From Nemertoderma westbladi (lineage: Eukaryota > Animalia > Xenacoelomorpha), in the NCBI GenBank assembly GCA_032718475.1, contig JAUCBJ010001094.1, positions 1 to 53,144 on the forward strand: DNA of 53,144 nucleotides, given 5' to 3'. A model generated the notes under the pieces. That model did not search any database. It was not told the origin of the DNA and worked only from the letters and a program-made list of their open reading frames with translations. The position numbers and the translations under genes are program-made. Below, one piece after another: positions 27,948 through 39,510 of the stretch (position 1 is the stretch's first letter; every line of letters starts with the position of its first letter).

Positions 27948-28994
27948 GTTCTGAAAGAGGACTATTACCGAAAGCTACCGAAAGTTATACGAAAGTTATC
28001 CAAAAAGTTAAAGTAGGGGCGAAAGCTAACCATTTACTGATAAGGGATACAAATTTCGCACTTTCATCTTCCGATATTATTAATAAACAAAGAGGATATG
28101 GGCTCTAATTCAAATAATTCCCGTTTAATTTCAAATAAACCTTCGCGAAATATACATTCACTCATACAGTACAGCAGTAAGGGTTGTACTACAGTAGTGC
28201 TAGGCTACTTCAGCGGCAGTACTGGGGTCCCTTCCTACCTTGCTACTCAGACCGGCTACAGTCTGACCGCGGGGCGGCACATTACTGCATAAGGACTGAA
28301 GGTTGGCCTACTGTACGCAAATTGCCAATTGGGGTGTCGTTTCAGCCTTCTCATAGGGTTAATGTTAAATTAATATTGAAAAATTAGTGCCTAGAAGTAA
28401 AAAATTTACTGTAAACTGTGTTCCTAAATTTAGTTTATTGTTTTGGTTAGAAAAACATGCCATTATAATCTGCTACTTTCCTTTAAAAGGTACTTTAAAG
28501 GGGGAATATCTAAATTCAAAATTCGCGAAATTAAGTTACTCTGTTAATTTTACTATTGTCAAAATAGGCTGAAACGACACCCCAATTGGTAATATGCCTA
28601 CAGTACATACTGACTCCTGGTAATTAAGGGACGGATCAGAGGTGAGGCCTACATGTTTTACTAGCGACGTTATCAGTACCCGAATCGAATTTCGCTTCGC
28701 TAATTTATTGTACCAGTATTGTACCATGTTATTACCAGTAATATCTCACTACTGGTAATTAAGTAACTGAATGCAGCCCAGGCTTAATTAATGAACAAGC
28801 ATAGCATAGCGCTGTAGTTAGTGGTAGAAGAGCCAGTGTATCAGTGAATTTATATTTCGCGAAGTGATATTTGATGATATCGAACGCAGAAAGTGCGAAA
28901 TGTTCCACCTATCAGAGAATGGATACCTTTGACCTCTAATTTAACTTTATCGAAAACTTTCGCGTTACATTCGGTAATTTTCCTCCTTCAGAAC
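27948..28994. mobile_element. Foldback / nested MITE-like element with concentric inverted repeats in snail intron 1
   Basis: Outer imperfect arms at ~27948-28163 and ~28843-28994. Inner exact 24-bp inverted repeat CCAATTGGGGTGTCGTTTCAGCCT at 28325-28348 / 28566-28589. Confidence 0.7.
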
Positions 28995-29374
28995 TATCAC
29001 GAAAATACGGCAAACAAATTGCGGCCAAAAAAGTGGCAGCGAAATTTGTCCTTAAAATAGAACCTGTTAATGTTGTTAATGTTCGTATGATTCGATTACA
29101 TTAATTAGGAATTAATATAATACTAAATACATAATTCAGAATAAATATGTTTTTGTTCAAAGTCGTTGAAGTATTAATAATATTGTCGGCCATGTCAAGT
29201 ACCTTAGGTTTTTACGCTAAATAAATTATCATATTAAAATCTATAAGGTTGCACTGAATTTATGGACCCGGTCTCAGTTATCCCCGGTTCGGTTTTCTAT
29301 ATTCGTCTTTATTTATTATATAATGGCTCCTTTCCTTTATGTGTAATTTTAAAATAAAAAAAAATAGTTATAAG

Positions 29375-29573
29375 TAACACAGGAAGGCAACCCGAATGCT
29401 AATTTACCTTGTAACCTGTAACGCGCCACTCTAACACCCATGGTTGTATACTAGGCAAGCTCCCGCGTCGATGGGGGTGGGAGTACCGCTTTCAAAATTG
29501 CTTTGGCCCGATCTGGAATCGAACCTGGGACCTCCCAGCTCGAGGAGAAAGTACTACCCCGTTTACCAGCTGG
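29375..29573 (-). mobile_element. tRNA-derived SINE (second family)
   Basis: Canonical Pol III B-box GGTTCGATTCC at 29525-29515, an A-box-like TGGTAAACGGGG upstream, and a non-tRNA tail. 3' end approximate. Confidence 0.55.
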
Positions 29574-29735
29574 TTATTAAATTAAACTGCTTTTAAGGTT
29601 ATCATTTAATACCAAAACACATAGTGATGTTATACAAATAAAATAGTAAAAAATGAAATGTTATGAAATACCGATTTATAATTCTCGTGTACTTTGTTTA
29701 AAATATTAATTTCCCTAATTTTTAAAATATTTAAA

Positions 29736-31560
29736 GGCAGCGGGTGGCTCAGTTGGTTGAGCGCCGGGATTCTATTGGTTGTAGGTTCTAGCCCCGACGG
29801 GGTCCCCTCAGCCTTTCATTCCCTGGGGTCAATAAAATGAGTACTAGTTAAATTACTGGGAGCAAATCTTGGGATGGGAGTATCGCCCACCCCTACCCTC
29901 GGGTAGCATATAGGAGTAGCCACGGCCCACCCCTACCTTCGTGTAGCAGATAGGAGTAGCGCCCACCCCTACCCTCGGGTAGCAGATAGGAGTAGCGCCC
30001 ACCCCTACCCTCGGGTAGCAGATAGGAGTAGCGCCCACCCCTACCTTCGGGAGCAGATAGGGGTAACGCCCACCCCTACCTTCGGGTAGCAGATAGGAGT
30101 AGCGCCCACCCCTACCTTTGGGTAGTAGATAGGAGTAGCGCCCACCCCTACCCTCGGGTAGCAGATAGGAGTAGCGTCCACCCCTACCTTCGGGTAGCAG
30201 ATAGGAGTAGCGCCCACCCCTACCTTCGGATAGCAGATAGGAGTAGCGCCCACCCCTACCCTCGGGAAGCAGATAAGAGTAGCGCCCACCCCTACCATCG
30301 TGTAGCAGATAGGAGTAGTGCCCACCCCTACCTTCGGGTAGCAGATAGGAGTAGCGCCCACCCCTACCTTCGGGTAGCAGATAGGAGTAGCGCCCACCCC
30401 TACCTTCGGGTAGCAGATAGGAGTAGCGCCCACCCCTACCTTCGGGTAGCAGATAGGAGTAGCGCCCACCACTACCTTCGGGTAGCAGATAGGAGTAGCG
30501 CCCACCCCTACCTTTGGGTAGCAGATAGGAGTAGCGCCCACCCCTACCTCGGGTAGCAGATAGGAGTAGCGCCCACCCCTACCTTCGGGTAGCAGATATG
30601 AGTAGCGCCCACCCCTACCTCGGGTAGCAGATAGGAGTAGCGCCCACCCCTACCTTCGGGTAGCAGATAGGAGTAGCGCCCACCCCTACCTTCGGGTAGC
30701 AGATAGGAGTAGCGCCCACCCCTACCTTCGGGTAGCAGATAGGAGTAGCGCCCACCCCTACCTTCGGGAAGCAGATAGGAGTAGCGCCCACCCCTACCTT
30801 CGGGTAGCAGATAGGAGTAGCGCCCACCCCTACCTTCGGGTAGTAGATAGGAATAGCGCCCACCCCTACCTTCTGGAGCTGATAGGAGTAGCGCCCCCCC
30901 CCCCCCCCCCTACCTTCGGGTAGCAGATAGGAGTAGCGCTCACCCCTACCTTCGGGTAGTAGATAGGAGTAGCGCCCACCCCTACCTTCGGGTAGCAGAT
31001 AAGAGTAGCGCCCACCCCTACCTTCGGGTAGCAGATAGGAGTAGCGCCAACCCCTACCTTCGGTTAGCAGATAGGAGTAGAGCCCACCCCAACCCTCGGG
31101 AAGCAGATAGGAGTAGCGCCCACCCCTACCTTCGGGTAGCAGATAGGAGTAGCGCCCACCCCTACCTTCGGGTAGCAGATAGGAGTAGCGCCCACCCCTA
31201 CCTTCGGGTAGCAGATAGGAGTAGCGCCCACCCCTACCTTCGGGTAGCAGATAGGAGCAGCGACCACCCCTACCTTCGGGTAGCAGATAGGAGTAGCGCC
31301 CACCCATACCTTCGGGTAGCAGATAGGAGTAGCGCCCACCCCTACCTTCGAGTAGCAGATAGGAGTAGCGCCCACCCCTACCTTCGGGTAGCAGATAGGA
31401 GTAGCGCCCACCCCTACCTTCGGGTAGCAGATAGGAGTAGCGCCCACCCCTACCTTCGGGTAGCAGATAGGAGTAGCGCCCACCCCTACCTTCGGGTAGC
31501 AGATATGAGTAGCGCCCACCCCTACCTTCGGGAACCAGCTATCGAAAGAGGAGGCCAAAG
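29736..31560 (+). mobile_element. tRNA-derived SINE with an internally expanded 36-bp minisatellite
   Basis: A-box TGGCTCAGTTGG, B-box-like GGTTCTAGCC, central CTCAGCCTTTCATTCCCTGGGGTCAATAAAATGAGTAC (from memory, like the conserved Meta-type SINE domain). Homologous to 45274..45041 both before and after the array. Confidence 0.85.
29872..31532. repeat. 36-bp minisatellite, ~46 copies (GGGTAGCAGATAGGAGTAGCGCCCACCCCTACCTTC)
   Basis: Unit read directly. It produces the 12-aa periodic ORFs in the track, with frameshifts between them. Confidence 0.97.
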
Positions 31561-31626
31561 TAATATTTTTATGGTTTCATCATATTATAATAATATTTCG
31601 TATTTTTATGATATTTTATCACGTAC

Positions 31627-31738
31627 CTTCAATTCCTGAATCATCCGTTGAAGAATTGATATCGTGATCATCCAACTCTTTCTTCATCCTCAGCTGCAGC
31701 AGCCCGACCTCTTTATTTGGAGGCAAACTTAGGTACAT
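31627..31738 (-). CDS. snail: Snail-family gene, putative first visible coding exon (MYLSLPPNKEVGLLQLRMKKELDDHDINSSTDDSGIE)
   Basis: ATG at 31738, 37 codons + G, donor G|GTACGT at 31626. Phase 1 joins exon 2 in frame, giving a spliced CDS of 1362 nt. An acceptor ttttcAG lies 11 nt upstream of the ATG. Confidence 0.6.
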
Positions 31739-34700
31739 TGTAAAGCGAACTGAAAATCTCAAACTTGTTTTACCGGATAATTCGAAGAGTAACTAGCATA
31801 GGCGCGCACCGTGCAGTGATGGGTAGTTATTACCCAGCAGGCTAATTTAACAGAATTCTAGCTCAACTGCGATAAATTGTTTAGTTTTTTGGAGGTCGAA
31901 AAAGTAGTTCAAGGACTCCAATACAAGTTGTATCATCAAACGGTGTAATGATGTTAGAAACATGCACAATACACTTTTATAAGCCCTCCGTCCACCTTAC
32001 GCAGAACACCTTGCTACGCAAGAACTTATAACCATGCACATTGCACAGTCAAGGACATCCAAGAGCACGGTTTCAAACTCAGCCATCCAATCAAACCGCT
32101 GCATGGTTTTGATGCCTTGTTGGTGTGGACCAATCGCTCTCCTGTAAACTATTATAGGTACGGCATTTTGGTGAATAAAAGGTAACTTCTGGTGCAACCA
32201 GTGTGGATCAGTTTTTGTGAGTTAGGAGTGGCAAGGGGCGCCTGCATGTATAAACTTTGTTAAGAGTCAACACGTCAAGCAAACAACCGTCGATAAGGGG
32301 TAGATAGATATATTGAATTAGTAGTATGATAAACTCTATTATACAGGGTAAACTTGCAATGGGTCAATTCAAGGATGCATGATCAACAGTATTGACAAAC
32401 AACTCGTATTCTAAGAATTCCTGTAAAAGAAAATATACGCACGGCTATACCAAGAATGCCTGACAAGCCTTTGGTCATCCGTATACCGTAATGCGAATAG
32501 GTGTGGTGTGATAAGGCGTGCGTGCGTGCAAGGTGGTGTTGAAAGAGAAATAAACCTAACCTTGAATGAAATAAATATATTTGATATCCATTTTTCAGTT
32601 ATACTATAATGCGACTGGTGCTTAATTTAACTGTAATTAAATCTTGTCATAAAAAGATACCATGAACTACACCAATATCATAATTGGATAAAAGTTTAAA
32701 ATTTTTTAATAACAAAAGTTAATAAATGTTTCTACATGTTTACAATTGTTTTGATATAGTTGCAGGAACTAGAGAAAATGTCAGAATCGCAATTAATTAC
32801 CATGAACAAAAAATAATGCAAATATGACATGCACATCATGACACAACTATAATGCGTGATGTGATACCTTCTTGAACCATGTATAATAAACGGTCAGCGG
32901 ATTTTTGTTCAAAGGAGGGGTTATCATAACATACTGTCTGAACAGGATATTCTCCACGGCCTTAGAATTGACAGGCTGGCTTTAAGCTGTGGGATTGCAG
33001 GGTGCAGCTGGGTTTTTGCAATAAATGCCGCTATAACTGTATGACTCATTGCTTATACGTGTGGAGTGTAGGCATATCCAATTGATTGGGAAGCATTGAA
33101 TAGTAAATTTTACCGAAACGTCACATAGTGATATGATACCTGAATTACAAATTTAATGTTATTACAGTACTATAAAAATAATCAAGATGAAAATCTCATA
33201 TCATATAATAGTGGCGACCGAACACGGTAAAAAGCATCGCATTAGTCAGGAAATTAAAGAGAAACCCGACAGTTGATGGTTGAAATTAAACAAGATGTTA
33301 GGGTTGGGTATATATTATTACGGACTAGGAATAATATCCGCTTCTCCATTGCACGTTGTCAATCCACCCTCTGTTGCTTTGCTGTCTTTATCTCTAATCC
33401 CGAAAAACAGGTTGGGGGTTGGGGGTTTCCGGGTTGGTCCCTACGGTTGAGCGGTTTATCGCGCGTGTAGATACACGGAGCCCGGATATTGGGCCACGGA
33501 TATGGCAAATATTAGACGTCGGATTGGGTAGCCGCGTGCAGGAAATCTTGACTGACGATGATACAGATAGCGGCGGCACCCCAACTGGTTGTTCGGTTTA
33601 CACCTGTAGCCTGGGTGGGTGGATCACGCGGGATTTTGGATGACTGGACCAGCAGCTGTGTAAGCCGAACCGATAAGTTTCCCAAAGGGTGACGATAGCT
33701 CTACCTCGCCGAAAGAAGGAAGGTGGGACTTCATCAATAATTATTATGGATCTGTTGCAGGTTGTCTAGGTTCGAACACAGTTTTAGTTTTGTGCTGCCT
33801 GCTCCTGAGAACAACATTATTCTGTTCATATTAATTGCAGAATAGTTAATAGTTCTAGGAATTGTAGATGTAGATTACAGTGTAGATAGAGAAATTGTAA
33901 TATCGTAGAATAGAATGCAGAATAGTTAATAAAGTGGTACTTTATCGCACGGAGCTTGGGTTGGGCTATAATGAAATAAAGGCCACTGTTTCAATATTGG
34001 GACAATTCCCATGTTCCATGCAGAATGCAGATGCAGTTTCATAATTGATTAACAACATCACGAGTTTAGCATAGCAAAAAGTTTCAATTTATGTATAAAA
34101 TAGAGTATTAGATATTATTTTCAGTTATTATAGTTAGTTGGTCAGTAATTTTTCTTTCCCCCCCCCCCCCCCCCCTTGTTTCTATGTGTTTATTGTGTCC
34201 CATTACTTATATTTGCACTGGTCGGTTCGGCTGCACTGCACATATAGTAATATATATTCAGAAAGTAACATCAAATTAGTAAATTAGAAATGGTAAATGG
34301 GAGGAGTTGGAGTTGGAGCAGTTATATATTTGAAGGAGGTGATTACATTTGTGTACCGAGTATTCTACTAGTAGATCCAAGTTCCCAATCACACCGGTCC
34401 GGCTTCCCACCAAAATTACCTGCTGTAAACGACGCTGGTCGCGGGTCGCGGGGTAACTTTACACTTTTTATGAAGCCGGATACCCGAATCGAGTCGGGTT
34501 GGCTTCCGGTAATTAACGAAGAGCCGTGCCAATAGGTGGCCAACCTAATCCCGATGCGATGGGTTGGCCTACCGAGAAGGAGGCCAGCTTCCCTCCAACA
34601 GGTGAGATATTAAACTGAAAACAAGAGCAATGTAATACTACCACCAATAGCACCATTAGTGCCGAGTACGTCCAGTGCAGCAGTAGCGAGGGTTAAGGTA

Positions 34701-34964
34701 AGCTCAGGGGCATAGCTCAGCTTGTAACTCGATATCAAAACCTGTTTAGGTTTATTATTGAGCTTTAGTGAAGAGTGGAATTGTAATACTAATATGGATG
34801 GGTCGAATACATAATAGTGTGGAAAGTAAATCGTATCCCAGAGTAATACTGTGTCTTACGTGCCTCCACTCTCCAATAAGGTTTGAAAAATTCACTATTT
34901 TAAGTATTTACCTATGAGGCGCCGTGGCGTTCAAAAATATGTAAATGTCGGCGACTGGATTATA

Positions 34965-35055
34965 TTAGATTAGATTAGATTAGATTAGATTAGATTAGAT
35001 TAGATTAGATTAGATTAGATTAGATTAGATTAGATTAGATTAGATTAGATTAGAT
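34965..35055. repeat. (TTAGA)n microsatellite, ~18 copies
   Basis: Pure pentamer run directly inside the left TIR, grading into the 12-mer. Confidence 0.95.
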
Positions 35056-38000
35056 TTCGGCTTAGATTCCGGCTTAGATTTCGTCTTAGATTCCGGCTTA
35101 GATTTCGTCATAGATTTCGGCTTAGATTTCGGCTTAGATTTCGTCTTAGATTTCGACTTAGATTCCGGCTTAGATTTCGGCCTAGATTTCGGCATAAATT
35201 TCGTCTCCGATTCCGGCTGAGATTTCGGATTAGAATTCGTCTTAGATTTCGGCCTAGATTCCGGCTTAGATTTAGTCTTAGATTCCGGCTTAGATTTCGG
35301 CTTAGATTTCGGCTTAGATTTCGGCATAAATTTCGGCTTAGATTTCGGCTTAGATTTCGGTCTAGATTTCGGCCTAGATTTCGTCTCCGATTCCGGCTGA
35401 GATTTCGGATTAGAATTCGTCTTAGATTTCGGCCTAGATTCCGGCTTAGATTTAGTCTTAGATTCCGGCTTAGATTTCGGCTTAGATTTCGGCTTAGATT
35501 TCGGCATAAATTTCGGCTTAGATTTCGGCTTAGATTCCGGCTTAGATTTCGTCTCCGATTCCGGCTGAGATTTCGTCTTAGATTTCGGCTTAGATTTCGG
35601 CTTAGATTCCGGCTTAGATTTCGGTCTAGATTTCGGCTTAGATTTCGGTTTAGATTTCGGCTTAGATTTCGGCTTAGATTTCGGCTTAGATTTCGTTCTA
35701 GATTTCGGCCTAGATTTCGGGCTTAGATTTCGTCTTAGATTTCGGCTTAGATTTCGGCTTAGATTCCGGCTTAGATTTCGGCCTAGATTTCGGCTTAGAT
35801 TTCGGCTTCGTCTTAGATTCCGGCTTAGATTTCATCTTAGATTTCGTCTCCGATTCTGGCTTAGATTTCGGCCTAGATTTCGGCTGCGACTTCGGCCACG
35901 ATTTTGGCTTAGTTTTCGGCTTAGATTTAGTCTTATATTCCGGCTTAGATTTCGTCTTAGATTCCGGCTTAGATTTCGGCCTAGATTTCGGCTTAGATTT
36001 CGGCTTCGGCTTAGATTTCGGCTTAGATTTCGTCTTCGGCTTAGATTCCGACTTAGATTTCATCTTAGATTTCGCCTCCGATTCTGGCTTAGATTTCGGC
36101 CTAGATTTCGGCTGCGACTTCGGCCACGATTTTGGCTTAGTTTTCGGCTTAGATTTAGTCTTATATTTCGACTTAGATTTCGTCTTAGATTCCGGCTTAG
36201 ATTTCGTCTTAGATTCCGGCTTAGATTTCGGCCTAGATTTCGGCTTCGGCTTAGATTCCGGCTTAGATTTCGTCTTAGATTTCGACTTAGATTCCCGCTT
36301 AGATTTCGGCTTAGATTTCGGTCTAGATTTCGTCTTAGATTTCGACTTAGATTCCGGCATAGATTTCGGTCTAGATTTCGGCTTCGGCTTAGATTTCGTC
36401 TTAGATTTCGGCTTAGATTCCGGCTTAGATTTCGGTCTAGATTTCGGCTTAGATTTCGGCTTCGGCTTAGATTTCGGCTTAGATTCCGGCTTAGATTTCG
36501 GCCTAGATTTCGGCTTAGATTCCGGCTTAGATTCCGGCTTAGATTTCGTCTTAGATTTCGACTTAGATTCCGGCTTAGATTTCATCTTAGATTTCGTCTC
36601 CGATTCTGGCTTAGATCTCGGCCTAGATTTCGGCTGCGACTTCGGCCACGATTTCGGCTTAGTTTTCGGCTTAGATTTAGTCTTAGATTTCGTCTTATAT
36701 TCCGGCTTAGATTTCGTCTTAGATTCCGGCTTAGATTTCGGCCTAGATTTCGGCTTCGGCTTAGATTTCGGCTTAGATTTCGTCTTCGGCTTAGATTCCG
36801 GCTTAGATTTCATCTTAGATTTTGGCTTAGATTTCGGCTTAGATTTCGGCTTCGGCGTAGATTTCGTCTAAGATTTCGACTTAGATTTCGTCTCCGATTT
36901 CGACTTAGATTCCGGCTTAGATTTCGGCTTAGATTTCGGCTTCGGCTTAGATTTCGTCTTAGATTTCGACTTAGATTCCGGCTTAGATTTCGGCCTAGAT
37001 TTCGGCTTAGATTTCGGCTTCGGCTTAGATTTCGTCTTAGATTCCGGCTTAGATTTCGGCCTAGATTTCGGCTTAGAATCCGGCTTAGATTTCGGCCTAG
37101 ATTTCGGCTTAGATTCCGGCTTAGATTTCGTCTTAGATTTCGGCTTAGATTTCGGCCTAGATTTCGGCTTAGATTTCGTCTTATATTTCGGCTTCGGCTT
37201 AGATTCCGGCTTAGATTTCGGTCTAGATTTCGTCTTAGATTTCGTCTCCGATTCCGGCTTAGATTTCGGCTTAGATTTCGACTTAGATTCCGGCTTAGAT
37301 TTCGGTCTAGATTTCGGCTTAGATTTCGGTCTAGATTTCGGCTTAGATTTCGACTTAGATTCCGGCTTAGATTTCGGCTTAGATTTCGTCTCCGATTCCG
37401 GCTTAGATTTCGTCTTATATTTCGGCTTCGGCTTAGATTCCGGCTTAGATTTCGGTCTAGATTTCGGCTTAGATTTCGACTTAGATTCCGGCTTAGATTT
37501 CGGCTTAGATTTCGTCTTATATTTCGGCTTCGGCTCAGATTCCGGCTTAGATTTCGGTCTAGATTTCGGCCAAGATTTCGGCTTAGATTCCGGCTTAGAT
37601 TTCGGCTTAGATTTCGTCTTATATTTCGGCTTCGGCTTAGATTCCGGTCTAGATTTCGGCTTAGATTTCGACTTAGATTCCGGCTTAGATTTCGGTCTAG
37701 ATTTCGGCCATGATTTCGTCTTAGATTTCGGCTTAGATTCCGGCTTAGATTTCGGCTTAGATTTCGTCTTATATTTCGGCTTCGGCTTAGATTTCGTCTC
37801 CGATTCCGGCTTAGATTTCGGCTTAGATTTCGGCTTAGATTTCGTCTTATATTTCGGCTTAGATTTCGGTCTAGATTTCGGCTTAGATTTCGACTTAGAT
37901 TCCGGCTTAGATTTCGGTCTAGATTTCGGCTTAGATTTCGTCTCCGATTCCGGCTTAGATTTCGGTCTAGATTTCGGCCTAGATTTCGGCTTCGACTTAG

Positions 38001-39510
38001 ATTCCGGCTTAGATTTCGGCCAAGATTTCGGCTTAGATTTCGGCTTAGATTCCGGCTTAGATTTCGGTCTAGATTTCGGCTTAGATTTCGACTTAGATTC
38101 CGGCTTAGATTTCGGTCTAGATTTCGGCTTAGATTTCGTCTCCGATTCCGGCTTAGATTTCGGCTTAGATTTCGGCTTAGATTTCGTCTTATATTTCGGC
38201 TTCGGCTTAGATTCCGGCTTAGATTTCGGTCTAGATTTCGGCTTAGATTTCGACTTAGATTCCGGCTTAGATTTCGGCTTAGATTTCGTCTCCGATTCCG
38301 GCTTAGATTTCGGTCTAGATTTCGGCTTAGATTCCGGCTTAGATTTAGTCTTAGATTTCGGCTTAGATTCCGGCTTAGATTCCGGCTTAGATTTCGGCTC
38401 AGATTTCGTCTTATATTTCGGCTTCGGCTTAGATTCCGGCTTAGATTTCGGTCTAGATTTCGGCTTAGATTTCGACTTAGATTCCGGCTTAGATTTCGGT
38501 CGAGATTTCGGCTTAGAATTCGTCTCCGATTGCGGCTTAAATTTCGGCTTAGATTTCGGCTTAGATTTCGTCTTATATTTCGGCTTCGGCTTAGATTCCG
38601 GCTTAGATTTCGGTCTAGATTTCGGCTTAGATTTCGACTTAGATTCCGGCTTAGATTTCGGCTTAGATTTCGTCTTATATTTCGGCTTCGGCTTAGATTC
38701 CGGCTTAGATTTCGGTCTAGATTTCGGCTTAGATTTCGGCTTAGATTTCGGCTTAGATTTCGTCTTATATTTCGGCTTCGGCTTAGATTCCGGCTTAGAT
38801 TTCGGTCTAGATTTCGGCTTAGATTTCGACTTAGATTCCGGATTAGATTTCGGCTTAGATTTCGGCTTAGATTTCGGCTTAGATTTCGGCTTAGATTTCG
38901 ATTTAGATTTCGGCATAGATTTCGGCCCTGATTTCGACTTAGATTTCGGCTTAGATTCCGGCTTAGATTTCGGCCTAGATTTCGGCTTAGATTTCGGTCT
39001 AGATTTCGGCCAAGATTCCGGCTTAGATTCCGGCTTAGATTTCGGTCTAGATTTCGGCTTAGATTCCGGCTTAGATTCCGGCTTAGATTTCGGTCTAGAT
39101 TTCGGATTAGATTTCGACTTAGATTCCGGCTTAGATTTCGGCTTAGATTTCGGCTTAGATTTCGGCTTAGATTTCGGCTTAGATTTCGATTTAGATTTCG
39201 GCATAGATTTCGGCCCTGATTTCGACTTAGATTTCGGCTTAGATTCCGGCTTAGATTTCGGCCTAGATTTCGGCTTAGATTTCGGTCTAGATTTCGGCCA
39301 AGATTCCGGCTTAGATTCCGGCTTAGATTTCGGTCTAGATTTCGGCTTAGATTCCGGCTTAGATTCCGGCTTAGATTTCGGTCTAGATTTCGGCTTAGAT
39401 TTCGACTTAGATTCCGGCTTAGATTTCGGTCTAGATTTCGGCTTAGATTTCGACTTAGATTCCGGCTTAGATTTCGGTCTAGATTTCGGCCAAGATTTCG
39501 GCTTAGATTT
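35051..39510. repeat. 12-bp satellite (TTAGATTTCGGC)n, ~4.45 kb, with higher-order blocks
   Basis: Unit read directly. Variants TTAGATTCCGGC, TTAGATTTCGTC, CTAGATTTCGGC and 6-bp indels. Confidence 0.97.

Noticed and set aside
28387-28572. Track ORF starting MPRSKKF as a SNAG domain
   Set aside because: Wrong strand relative to snail, GTG start, inside the foldback element, and no FLV core.
29736-29810. Functional tRNA genes here, at 45274-45200, at 29573-29500 and at 24259-24330
   Set aside because: Anticodon and acceptor arms are degenerate and each continues into SINE-like body sequence.
29853-31558. KVGVGATPICYP / GRGGRYSYLLPE repeat ORFs
   Set aside because: These are translations of the SINE-derived minisatellite, broken by frameshifts and lying in an intron.
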